64,000 nucleotides of DNA from a virus: positions 6,169-70,168 of IMG/VR virus record IMGVR_UViG_3300020469_000038. The stretch is one strand, 5' to 3'. The notes under the pieces were generated by a model, which was given only the letters and a program-made list of their open reading frames with translations, ran no database searches and was not told the origin of the DNA. Position 1 is the stretch's first letter; the number at the start of each line of letters is the position of its first letter. Shown here piece by piece: positions 1 through 8,781 of this stretch. The position numbers were made by a program, and so were the translations under genes.

Positions 1-2350
1 GTGCTGCCGGTGTCGTTTGGGTAGGTTTATAATCCTTTTGACCTTGTGTTCTGTCTGGTCTTTGATATGGCTCTTCGGCCGAAGGTTCAGCGCCTGTAGT
101 GTCTTTTACTGCTGGATTATCGTCTTGTGGTGTAGTTGTAGCATCAGCACCTTGATCACCGCTTGTTGACGCTGTATCCGCGTCTGTGGCACCATCTGTA
201 GATGTTTTATCAGTTGCAGTTGATGTAGTTGATGTAGTTGAAGTAGTAGATTGGCTATTCATTTTATCACGCAATTCTTCTGCTTCACCTGGCTGTAATG
301 CAGCACCATTTTGAACAGGCTGATCTGTTTGCGTATCAAGAACATCATATGTTTTTGGATTTTGTGCATTTGGCTGCATAATAAATTTGTCGCCTTCAGC
401 GCCTGCATACTTGCCTGCTTCTTTATTCATTTTATCGCTCATAGGTTCTGCTTTTTCAGGAGCAAGAGCAACGCCATTCTTAATAGGCTTACTAGTTTGC
501 TTGTCAATAATATCTACTTTAGTTTCGTCTTTTGTATTTTTTTGTAGATAGTATCTTTCATCTTTACTTAATGTAGCATCACCTGTTGCTGGATCGGCAC
601 TAGATGTAGCAGTGTCCCCTGTTGGTGCTTCTGCATCACCTGTTGGTGCTTCTGCATCACCTGCTGGTGCTTCTGCATCACCTGCTGGTGTGTCAGTTGT
701 TGTGTCTGCTGCTGTATCAGTTGCTGTGTCTGCGTCTGCTGCTGGTGCGTCTGCATCACCTGTTGGTGTGCTTGTAGAAGTAGGAACGTCAATCTTCATT
801 GCATCATACGTGCCTTTAATAACATCATCTGCTACGCCTGCTGGCTTTAGAACTTTATCTGCAATTTCATTTGAATCTGTAGGTTCGCCTGCTTTAGTCC
901 AGGCCTTCATTAGTTTGTCTGCTGTAACTTTAGCAGTTAAATTTCTACCTGCTTTTTTAAGAGCACCGACACCTTTACCTATAGCACCTGCTGCTTTCTT
1001 TAATATTCCTGGTGCTTCGTTAACAGTTTGTCTATTATAATAAGTCACTGCATCAAATATACTTTCAAACATTAATTTGTTTTCTAGCATATGATTGTTT
1101 ACTTGTGTAATTTTATTGAACAGTAAATAAATCTGTCCTTCTGACAGTTTTTGTCCTTTGATTGCAATACTTTCTTGATTGCTTGTCTTTCTTTCTATAC
1201 CTGCTGTTGCAGCACCTTGTGCGGCTGCTGTTCCAACTTCAGCGGCTTGTTGCACTTGCTGAACTGTTTTTACTAAACTTTCTTTACTTGCGGCTATTAC
1301 TTCTAGTTGTGCATCTGTTAGATCTTTAGCATCTTTAAGATATTCAGCAGCCATATTCAAATCTCTATTTGTATCTGTTAGGCTTCTCATATATTCAACA
1401 TACTTGACTGATGCAGTGTTTAGTTCGTTACTGAAAGTACCAAACTCTGCTTTAGCGGAGTTCATTCCTCTAATAAGTTCGTTTAACTGATCAACTTGAT
1501 CTTGTTGTATAACACCACTGTATGATGCTCCGTATCCTGTTCCGAATGTTATATCTAAGTTAACCTTACTAGTGTATGCTTCTAAATTAGGATTTTTATC
1601 CCACACAGCGGCTACCTTATCTGGCATCTCTGCAAGACTGTCTTCTAGATTTGAATCTCTGACTAGTTCAACTTGATTAGCAATGTCTTCTGCGCCACCG
1701 CTTGCAATTGCTTCAATTTCATCTTTTGCAATGTATTCACTTGCCATACCAATTAACGCACCAATTGCTGCTGTCTTGGCTGACTTGCCAACTGCTGTTG
1801 AAAGGTCTTCGCCTTGTAATAAATCTTTAGTTGCTCTAGCAAGGAAACCAGCAACTGCACCACCAAATGGTCCTGTTGTCATTGCAGCCGCTGTTGTTAA
1901 AACAGCAACAGCAAGTGTTGCTTTGCCTGGATTTTCTTTTGCCCAGTCACTAACTGCTTTTACTGCACTTACAACTTTAGAATCTTTTTCGCCTATCTTT
2001 GTTTTTAGTTCAGCAAACTTAGCGTCTATGTTTTTTACTGGACCTGTTTCTTTTGCTGCTCTGCCAAGTTCGTTAATTTTGTTATTGATAAACTTAACTG
2101 CTTCAATAGGTAACGCTGCAATGTCTTTGCCTTTACCAATTGCTGTTCTGTTTCTTCCAGCGTCATCAGCACCTTTTTCAACAGTTGTAAACAGTTGTGT
2201 AATTTGTTCTTTTGATAAGTTTGCTTCTACAACGTATTTTTCAATATCGGCTAACCAAGGCTGAATAGTTTTTTGCTCTAGCAGTAGAAATGCTGGATCG
2301 TTCCAACCTTCACTAATATATTTTTTCTTTTGTAGTTGGCTTAGTCTCAT
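1..2350 (-). CDS. Large low-complexity virion/internal head protein, 3' end beyond window (>780 aa)
   Basis: ATG at 2350 overlaps the TGA of the upstream gene (ATGA). Manual translation MRLSQLQKKKYISEGWNDPAF... is open to position 1. Has a Gly/Ala hydrophobic segment and Thr/Asp/Ala-rich repeats. Absent from the ORF track because no stop lies in the window. Confidence 0.85.
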   Translation of the reverse strand, partial: MRLSQLQKKKYISEGWNDPAFLLLEQKTIQPWLADIEKYVVEANLSKEQITQLFTTVEKGADDAGRNRTAIGKGKDIAALPIEAVKFINNKINELGRAAKETGPVKNIDAKFAELKTKIGEKDSKVVSAVKAVSDWAKENPGKATLAVAVLTTAAAMTTGPFGGAVAGFLARATKDLLQGEDLSTAVGKSAKTAAIGALIGMASEYIAKDEIEAIASGGAEDIANQVELVRDSNLEDSLAEMPDKVAAVWDKNPNLEAYTSKVNLDITFGTGYGASYSGVIQQDQVDQLNELIRGMNSAKAEFGTFSNELNTASVKYVEYMRSLTDTNRDLNMAAEYLKDAKDLTDAQLEVIAASKESLVKTVQQVQQAAEVGTAAAQGAATAGIERKTSNQESIAIKGQKLSEGQIYLLFNKITQVNNHMLENKLMFESIFDAVTYYNRQTVNEAPGILKKAAGAIGKGVGALKKAGRNLTAKVTADKLMKAWTKAGEPTDSNEIADKVLKPAGVADDVIKGTYDAMKIDVPTSTSTPTGDADAPAADADTATDTAADTTTDTPAGDAEAPAGDAEAPTGDAEAPTGDTATSSADPATGDATLSKDERYYLQKNTKDETKVDIIDKQTSKPIKNGVALAPEKAEPMSDKMNKEAGKYAGAEGDKFIMQPNAQNPKTYDVLDTQTDQPVQNGAALQPGEAEELRDKMNSQSTTSTTSTTSTATDKTSTDGATDADTASTSGDQGADATTTPQDDNPAVKDTTGAEPSAEEPYQRPDRTQGQKDYKPTQTTPAA
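618..690 (+). repeat. 21-bp coding tandem repeat (~3.5 copies), GDAEAP[A/T] on the minus strand
   Basis: cctgttggtgcttctgcatca-like units at 618, 639 and 660, partial at 681; a related copy lies near 739-769. Confidence 0.9.
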
Positions 2351-3288
2351 AGCATTTTTCCAAGTTCAATTTTTTGTTTAGGTGTAAGCGAATCTAATTG
2401 TGCTTTAATATCTTTTGGAATTGCTTTATCACCTAGCGCACCTGTATACATACCTTTTAGAGCACCGCCTATTCCGCCTGATGCTGCTTGTCCAGTAAAA
2501 CTTGTGTCTGAAGTTTTTGCTTGTCCGCCTTGGTCACGTGCAATTGCATCTTGTACAGCAGCATAAAAAACATTATCAAGTTGTCCACCACTAAGTCCTT
2601 CTAGCAGTGTACCTACATTTGAAAAATCTATGCTTTGATTGACTGCAACTTTGTTACCACTTGGTGGTACAATTTTCTTTTTGCCCATACTTTTTACATT
2701 TACGGCGTCTTTAGGATCAGGTTCTGTTGTAGTTGGTGCAGTAGTTGTTGCACCCTGAGGCGCAGTTTTCTGTGCATTAGGATCATTATTAGGCGCAGTT
2801 TTCTGTGTATCTTGTGCTGTTGTTGGTGCTGGTGTTGTTGTCGCTGCAGGTTTAGGTGCGTTAGCATCTGCTGCTTTTTGAGCCATATCGTCATTTGCTT
2901 GTGATAGTTTATCGCCTGCTTGAGCAAGTTTGCCAACGGCTTTCGCTGCACCTTTTACTGTTCCGCCAACTACTTTACCTATTGCTCCGCCTACCTTAGC
3001 ACCTGTTGTAATTTTTTTCATTGCTTCTTTAGCACCGTCTGTAGGATATCCGTTTTTAGCAAGCCAGTTAAGTACCATATCAGGTGTTGCACCTTCGCCC
3101 TTATCTTGAGTTCCTAAGAACTTCATAAATTCTTTTTTCATCAAGTTGGCTTCTTTACCAAGTTCAAGTCTACCTGCTGCTTTATCACTGCCAACTTTTG
3201 CAAGTGCTTTGTCTTTCATCTTAGACAAGAAACCCATAGGTTTTTCATCTAGACGATCTGTTTCCACTAATATCTCATTAAGACGCAT
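2347..3288 (-). CDS. Hypothetical protein, probable internal head protein
   Basis: 313-aa ORF starting MRLNEILVE; Lys/Ala-rich, with a Thr/Pro linker; TAAATA box upstream. Confidence 0.75.
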   Translation of the reverse strand: MRLNEILVETDRLDEKPMGFLSKMKDKALAKVGSDKAAGRLELGKEANLMKKEFMKFLGTQDKGEGATPDMVLNWLAKNGYPTDGAKEAMKKITTGAKVGGAIGKVVGGTVKGAAKAVGKLAQAGDKLSQANDDMAQKAADANAPKPAATTTPAPTTAQDTQKTAPNNDPNAQKTAPQGATTTAPTTTEPDPKDAVNVKSMGKKKIVPPSGNKVAVNQSIDFSNVGTLLEGLSGGQLDNVFYAAVQDAIARDQGGQAKTSDTSFTGQAASGGIGGALKGMYTGALGDKAIPKDIKAQLDSLTPKQKIELGKML

Positions 3289-3328
3289 TGTATAATTCTC
3301 TCGTATGTAATATACTTTTACTTATTGT

Positions 3329-3334
3329 TATTTA
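3329..3334 (-). promoter_or_regulatory. T4-like late promoter core TAAATA
   Basis: Minus strand reads aagaaaTAAATAacaataag, ~40 nt upstream of ATG 3288; the same hexamer precedes many structural genes here. Confidence 0.6.
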
Positions 3335-3352
3335 TTTCTTATTGACTGTTTA

Positions 3353-3790
3353 AAGAGATCTAAAGATCTCTAGCGTTTTCGCTAAAGCTCAACGCTTTTT
3401 CTTCTCTAATGTTTATTAAGTGGTATAATATAAATTACGAAGTAATTTTTTAGCATCATCTAGATATTTGAGCCACAATTCGCCCGTTGCCGGACGAATT
3501 AGTGTGGATAACATCATCTGAGTTATCGTCGCCACATCTGTTTAAGAAGATTGTAATAAATTACACGGAGGCGGCGTACCGCATACCCCCTACTTCAGCA
3601 TTCGCATAATACGCGGAAAGCAGTTAATCCCAAACAGCGAAATCACTTACTCTGTGGTTGCTTTTTCTCAGAGCCACAATCTTTTTATACCTAAGTTAGT
3701 ATTGTCCTTGCAACGCACCAGAATCCGAACACACACGTAATGTGCCCTCAAGGTGAGTCGAGCATACTCGACCAAACTTTGTTGCTATGT
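3353..3790 (-). ncRNA. Candidate large structured non-coding RNA of unknown class
   Basis: Lies in a 510-bp gap with no tracked ORF. Contains many hairpins, a GCAA (GNRA) tetraloop on a 10-bp stem (3477-3500), G-U pairs favouring the minus strand and long-range helices. Confidence 0.6.
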
Positions 3791-3798
3791 AAATTAAG

Positions 3799-4251
3799 TT
3801 AAGCCTTGTTTTTGATGTGTCGTTCTAGGAGTGCCTGTCGCAGTTTGTCTGATCCGCCTACTCTAACATTAATAATACCGTTATAGTATTCGTTAGATTC
3901 TAGTACTCTGCGATCAAATTGTTCTCTAGCCTCAAGATAGGACATTTCGCCCCTGCCTGTACATAGGTAAAGTATTTCCCTTGTAAAGTTTTCTGACCCT
4001 AATGCGTCTACGTCTGCTTGAAGGTTATCAGATGAACCCCAGTAGGATTTCCAATCACTTTCTTTATATCCGCGTCTCTTGTTTTTTCTGCCTTTGAGTG
4101 GTGGCTTTGTAGTTTTAAACTTGGCTAGTTTCTTGCCTATATATTTTTTATTGTTGGTCTTGTTGGTAATAAGGTAAACAAACCCTTCGTATTCACTAGG
4201 AATAGTCTCTACAGGTTTATTGTTAAATGTCCAACTAGGTGTCTCCATCAT
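3799..4251 (-). CDS. Stand-alone GIY-YIG family nuclease
   Basis: GFVYLITN...KKYIGKK motif plus a conserved Glu (SYLEAREQ) and YYN; 150 aa, with no C-terminal DNA-binding domain. Confidence 0.85.
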   Translation of the reverse strand: MMETPSWTFNNKPVETIPSEYEGFVYLITNKTNNKKYIGKKLAKFKTTKPPLKGRKNKRRGYKESDWKSYWGSSDNLQADVDALGSENFTREILYLCTGRGEMSYLEAREQFDRRVLESNEYYNGIINVRVGGSDKLRQALLERHIKNKA

Positions 4252-4480
4252 TGTTACTTACTTTTGATGGTCTCCCTACCTTGCCTTTTCTGGCTTGTTT
4301 ACGATTTTGCCTCTTATCTTGTATCTCTATTCGCCTTACACTTGCGTGTCGTCTAATTTCTGATAACCAAAATCTTGCTTTTATGCCTGCTTCGTCACTT
4401 CCTTTATATTCAAAACGATCTTGCCACTTAAAGTAGTTTTGAAACGCTTCGATCATTTCGTCGTGACTGTCTGTACTCAT
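4235..4480 (-). CDS. Small basic protein, possibly Hc1/histone-H1-like DNA-binding
   Basis: GSDEAGIKARFWLSEIRRHASVRRIEIQ resembles the GNKAAGTRARK helix motif; K/R-rich tail. Confidence 0.5.
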   Translation of the reverse strand: MSTDSHDEMIEAFQNYFKWQDRFEYKGSDEAGIKARFWLSEIRRHASVRRIEIQDKRQNRKQARKGKVGRPSKVSNNDGDT

Positions 4481-5025
4481 CTCAAATTTGGGCCTGTAAA
4501 AAATAATGCCATTGACTTCCTAATACCAGAAGTTACTGGAGTTACTTTATGCTGTATCCAACTAGGAAACACTAAAAGTGATCCTGGTTTGTTAAATTCT
4601 GGAATTGGCCATTCGCCGTTTATAAAAAGTTTGAACTCACCGCCTTCGTATTCTGTATCACTACAATTTAGTAGTGCGGTCAACTTGATATCATACTGTT
4701 CCTCTAGTACACCGTCGCCGTGCCAACTGTATTCACCTTTGTAATATGCATCATATTCGTTATAAAGCATTGTTGTAAAGTTGTTTGGTTGATATAAATC
4801 AAATCCAAAGTTGTATTTGTTGATATCGTAAACAATGTTTACAATTCTGTCTACATCTTGTTTCAATTCACCATATTGCATTACACCTACACGACTTGTT
4901 TTCTTAACATTGTCAGCAGGCTCGTCAAATCCATCATTGACAATCTTGCTTTTAAATGTTTCAACTAGTTGTGGTAGTTGTTCCTGTGGGTGTGCATCTG
5001 GTGAACAAAAGTAACTTACCTTCAT
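4477..5025 (-). CDS. 2OG-Fe(II) oxygenase (prolyl-hydroxylase/PKHD-like)
   Basis: HxD (WHGD), YEGGEF, distal His (QHKVTPVTSGIRKS) and 2OG-binding Arg. Confidence 0.9.
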   Translation of the reverse strand: MKVSYFCSPDAHPQEQLPQLVETFKSKIVNDGFDEPADNVKKTSRVGVMQYGELKQDVDRIVNIVYDINKYNFGFDLYQPNNFTTMLYNEYDAYYKGEYSWHGDGVLEEQYDIKLTALLNCSDTEYEGGEFKLFINGEWPIPEFNKPGSLLVFPSWIQHKVTPVTSGIRKSMALFFTGPNLR

Positions 5026-6800
5026 TGCACAATCTCTACATCATTTGAGTAACTTGTAAAGCCATTCTCTTTAATAACTTTCAATACGTGATTAACACGA
5101 CCTGCTAAATCATCTCTATGCGAGATCAAAAATACATTTTTGTTACGTTCACGTGTCATTTTCTTAAGAATACTAATACTGCTTTCCACACCAGCACTAT
5201 CCATACCACTATCTACAAGTTCATCAATAAACAATAGATTGATACCGTGATATAGTGATTCCCATACATCTCTAAATGCCCAACTTAGACTTAATATGAG
5301 TCTATTTCGCTCACCTCTACTAAGGTTATCGAAGTCTAAGTCCTGTCCTAGTTGTGTAATAATCACTGTTAAATCGTTCTGAAACTCTACAATGTGCGGT
5401 AATCCTACCTTTGCCAAGTAGTAAGTTAAGCGTTGATTTAGATATGCTAAGTTCTGTTCAATAATTTTCTTACGTACAAAACTATCTTTGTTTGTAAGCA
5501 GTTTATACAAGAAATCCATATGATCTTTTACTTTGCTAAGTTCATTAAGTTCATCAAAACTTACTTCTTGCATTGCTGTTTCTTTTAAATCATCAATCTG
5601 TTCAAGATATGGATTTTCTTCTGCTTTCTTTTGTTCTAATTCTTTCTGCAAACTTTCTACAGTGTTACGATGGTTGTATGCTTCTTCAACACTATCATAT
5701 TGTGTTGTAGGACACGCTTCTAATTCACCAATGTCAGCAACAATCTTTGCGTGTTCTGCATATTTTGTTTCGTTTGTTACAATGTGTAGTGCTGCCTCTT
5801 GCAATAAACCTTCTTTGTCTTTAAGTATTACATCTTGTTTGCTGTCGTGTAAGTCCTGTCCACACGCATAGCACTTGTGATCCTTTAGATCAGCAATCTC
5901 TTTGTCTAGTTTAGCAATAGTTTTTTCTTGTTTCTGATTGTCAGCAGTAATATTCGCCATCCAACGCTGTGCTTCTTCTAATGAACGCTTTTTGTCATTA
6001 AAGTTCTCCCAACATTTGTGTGCTTCAATCTCTGCTTCGATATCAATCTTCTCTAGTTTAGCAATACCGTTTTCTAGATCCGTAATTGTAGAAAGTTTAG
6101 TATCTTCCCACATCTTTTGTTTACGTTCTAGACTTTCAATGTTTGCTTGTATTCTTTCATTAGATGCTTTTACAGTTTCTATACGAGTGTTCTCAGCATT
6201 TGTTGCATCACGGTTAATACGCATCTTCTCTTTAAGCCCATCTGCTTTCTCAGACAGCATAGTTATACCAAGTAACTGCTCAATAATGTTGCGTTGATCG
6301 TTATTCTTCATACTTAAGAACGGTTCAGTATAAGTGTTCAACGCAAGTATGTGTTTAAACATATCGTGACTCATTCCAAACAAGTCTTCGATTGCTTTCT
6401 GCGTTTCTCTACTATCACCTTGTGCTTCGTTATGATCAGTCGGCTCTTCTTCTGTGCCGTTTACAACAAATTTAAGAATATTAGGCTTGCGTCCTCTATG
6501 AATAGAATATTCAATCCCATTCTTTTCAAACTCAATTGAAACTAGCATACCTTTGCCGTTAATCTTGTTGATAAGATTATCACGTTTAATATTAGTAAGT
6601 GCGTTACCGTAAATTGCATAACTTAATGCATTGACAATAGTAGTTTTACCAGTGCCGTTTCTGGAACCACTATCGTCTCCGCCTAAGTCTAAGTTTTCAC
6701 CTAGTACAAGTGTCAGTTCTCCTTTGTCAAAATCAATTGCTTGAGTTTGATTACCAACACTCATAAAGTTTTTTACTGTTATATTTTTAATTTTTATCAT
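5022..6800 (-). CDS. gp46: Recombination endonuclease ATPase subunit (Rad50/SbcC-like)
   Basis: Walker A NGTGKT, coiled coils, zinc hook CYAC, signature LSRGE, Walker B LLFIDE, H-loop ISH. Confidence 0.95.
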   Translation of the reverse strand: MIKIKNITVKNFMSVGNQTQAIDFDKGELTLVLGENLDLGGDDSGSRNGTGKTTIVNALSYAIYGNALTNIKRDNLINKINGKGMLVSIEFEKNGIEYSIHRGRKPNILKFVVNGTEEEPTDHNEAQGDSRETQKAIEDLFGMSHDMFKHILALNTYTEPFLSMKNNDQRNIIEQLLGITMLSEKADGLKEKMRINRDATNAENTRIETVKASNERIQANIESLERKQKMWEDTKLSTITDLENGIAKLEKIDIEAEIEAHKCWENFNDKKRSLEEAQRWMANITADNQKQEKTIAKLDKEIADLKDHKCYACGQDLHDSKQDVILKDKEGLLQEAALHIVTNETKYAEHAKIVADIGELEACPTTQYDSVEEAYNHRNTVESLQKELEQKKAEENPYLEQIDDLKETAMQEVSFDELNELSKVKDHMDFLYKLLTNKDSFVRKKIIEQNLAYLNQRLTYYLAKVGLPHIVEFQNDLTVIITQLGQDLDFDNLSRGERNRLILSLSWAFRDVWESLYHGINLLFIDELVDSGMDSAGVESSISILKKMTRERNKNVFLISHRDDLAGRVNHVLKVIKENGFTSYSNDVEIVQ

Positions 6801-7807
6801 AGGTCTCGATAAATCTCCGTAAGCATACGCTTGTCATAAGAGTCGCTGTCTAATTGTTCGATTTGATTCATTACAATAGTATCAACACTTTCAAATGACA
6901 AATCGATAGGATCAATATTTGATTCTACTTCTACTTTCTCTGGAATCAACATAAGTTCACGAAGTTTAAACTGCGGAATAAACTGTTCCTTAATAAAGTT
7001 TGCTTCTTCAAAAGTAATTTGTACATCAATCGTAACACGACAATGCATATTTTCTTTTAGATGGTCTTCTGGTTTTTCTAAAAGTTGACTTAGTTTGAAT
7101 GTTCTAAACACAGGTTGTGCAGGCCAAGTCTTATATTCAGGCACCCCACCCCACTCTAAGAACATCATACCACGTTCATCATCCCACGCATCTGCATAGT
7201 TGTGCGGAAATGCATTACCCATATAGGTTACATTGCCTTTTGTTTGACGTTTGTGGAAGTGTCCTGAGAACACGTATTCTTGATTAGTAAAATGATCTGG
7301 CTGTAATTCTCCGTGATCAGGCATTTCAACCATTGCATTCATTTTAAAGTATGGTAATTCAAAGTGACCAAACACATATCTGCTTTTAATATTTTTAACA
7401 GCCTTCCATTCTTCTCCAACTAGCCAAGGCAACAATGTAACATCGCCTTCTGTTAGTTGTTCTGTGATCGGAATAATGTTAGGAAACAATCTCATAAATT
7501 CAATACTATTGATTTCACGTTTGTCTTTATAAAACAAATCGTGATTACCAACCATAAAGTAAGTTTTCTCGAATGTTTCGTTGAGTCTTTCTAAATTACT
7601 CACTGTGTAGTTCATTGTGCTGACATCTGTAGTCGCACGATTGTGGTGCCAGTCTCCTAAAAAGATGCAAGTTTCTGCACCAGCGGCTTTTGCTTCCTTG
7701 CAAAACCACTTTAGGAACTCTTCACAATCCATATTGTGTGTCCTACTTCCACTTTTCATTCCAAAGTGAATGTCTGTGAAGCAGGCTGCTTTTTTAAATA
7801 ACGGCAT
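6797..7807 (-). CDS. gp47: Recombination endonuclease nuclease subunit (Mre11/SbcD-like)
   Basis: Metallophosphoesterase motifs DIH, GD, GNHD, GH and SGHFH; adjacent to gp46. Confidence 0.95.
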   Translation of the reverse strand: MPLFKKAACFTDIHFGMKSGSRTHNMDCEEFLKWFCKEAKAAGAETCIFLGDWHHNRATTDVSTMNYTVSNLERLNETFEKTYFMVGNHDLFYKDKREINSIEFMRLFPNIIPITEQLTEGDVTLLPWLVGEEWKAVKNIKSRYVFGHFELPYFKMNAMVEMPDHGELQPDHFTNQEYVFSGHFHKRQTKGNVTYMGNAFPHNYADAWDDERGMMFLEWGGVPEYKTWPAQPVFRTFKLSQLLEKPEDHLKENMHCRVTIDVQITFEEANFIKEQFIPQFKLRELMLIPEKVEVESNIDPIDLSFESVDTIVMNQIEQLDSDSYDKRMLTEIYRDL

Positions 7808-7825
7808 TCTTTACTCCTATACTAC

Positions 7826-7854
7826 ATTTTACAGTAGTTTTGTTCATAAGTCAA
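7826..7854 (-). promoter_or_regulatory. Sigma70-type promoter for the gp47-gp46 operon
   Basis: TTGACT-17 bp-TAAAAT, then AGGAG RBS before ATG 7807. Confidence 0.7.
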
Positions 7855-8699
7855 GACTTTTTCTTAGTTTTTGTTGCAGGCGCAGCCGCAGGAGGCGTTT
7901 GACTGTCTCCTCGTCCTTGTTCCTGACGTGACCAACTAGGATTCATACCATTCATTTCTAAAATATCATCTCTAATATTTTGGTTACGTTTTTCGATATT
8001 AATGATACGTACAAAACTATTAGTAACAGCAGCGGTATAATAAGCAAAAGGATTATTACTTTTAGATTCATCAAACTGTAGTCCTATCTGTGCCAACTGT
8101 AATATTGCTTGGCCTTTCATTTCGTCATTGTATGTGTAACCTCTTACATTACCACGTGTTGCATATCGATCACACAACTTCATCCACATTCTTGCAAGGT
8201 CGTTAGTTGCTTTACCACATCTTCCGTCGAAGTATCCGTTTTCCATACCACCTACCCAATGACTTTTACCTACACAAATTAGGTTTCCTTTGTCATCGAA
8301 CTTCCAATGCTGGAAAGGCGGAAAGTTTACTTTTGTATGATGGTCTGCTACTGTTTTCTTTGTTTTCTTTCGTGTTAAGTCTTCTGGTATATGTTCAAAT
8401 GTCATTACCCTAAACACTACTTCTTCCTTGGTAATCTTTTTATAATCAATTTCAAACTGCTTTGCTGGTATCTTTTTCCCGGCTGCTTCAACTGCTTCAG
8501 CGTGTGCTTTCTTTGCTAATCTTGCTGCACGGTTGCGTTTTGCTTCGGCTGTAGTTCTAATGTTAATTTTTTCAAGACTTGGTACAATTAAGTCGTATTG
8601 ATGGTGTTCAGAATCGACAAACGAACAGAAGGTACTCTTACTGCGGTGTATTTCAGCAAGTAGGTCCTTATTTGTCAAATAATTTGTTCTTTTTGCCAT
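7851..8699 (-). CDS. gp55: Phage late-transcription sigma factor
   Basis: YLTNKDLLAEI N-terminus; GYTYNDEMKGQA...FDESKSNNPFAYYTAAVTNSF core; gp55-gp47-gp46 order as in T4. Confidence 0.85.
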   Translation of the reverse strand: MAKRTNYLTNKDLLAEIHRSKSTFCSFVDSEHHQYDLIVPSLEKINIRTTAEAKRNRAARLAKKAHAEAVEAAGKKIPAKQFEIDYKKITKEEVVFRVMTFEHIPEDLTRKKTKKTVADHHTKVNFPPFQHWKFDDKGNLICVGKSHWVGGMENGYFDGRCGKATNDLARMWMKLCDRYATRGNVRGYTYNDEMKGQAILQLAQIGLQFDESKSNNPFAYYTAAVTNSFVRIINIEKRNQNIRDDILEMNGMNPSWSRQEQGRGDSQTPPAAAPATKTKKKS

Positions 8700-8748
8700 A
8701 TTTCTATTCTCCTCTATGAATTAATATAATAGCACATTTCTCTTGAAA

Positions 8749-8754
8749 TAAATA
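8749..8754 (+). promoter_or_regulatory. Late promoter core TAAATA driving the tail/baseplate operon
   Basis: aTAAATA in the divergent gap, 27 nt before ATG 8782. Confidence 0.65.
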
Positions 8755-8781
8755 GAGTTATATATAGGAAATTTTACCAAA

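Noticed and set aside
311-2264. Plus-strand ORFs 311..547, 612..1040 and 1683..2264, and minus-strand 568..792
   Set aside because: These are antisense or alternate-frame shadows of the real minus-strand gene starting at 2350. The Gln-rich 74-aa ORF is just the 21-bp repeat read in another frame.
3289-3798. CRISPR array, tRNA, tmRNA or group I intron in the non-coding gap
   Set aside because: There are no regularly spaced long repeats, no cloverleaf or T-loop, and no recognisable P7 core; the flanking genes are complete rather than split exons.
3799-4251. Classical mobile homing endonuclease
   Set aside because: It lacks NUMOD/HTH/zinc-finger DNA-binding extensions and interrupts no gene, so it was not called a mobile element.
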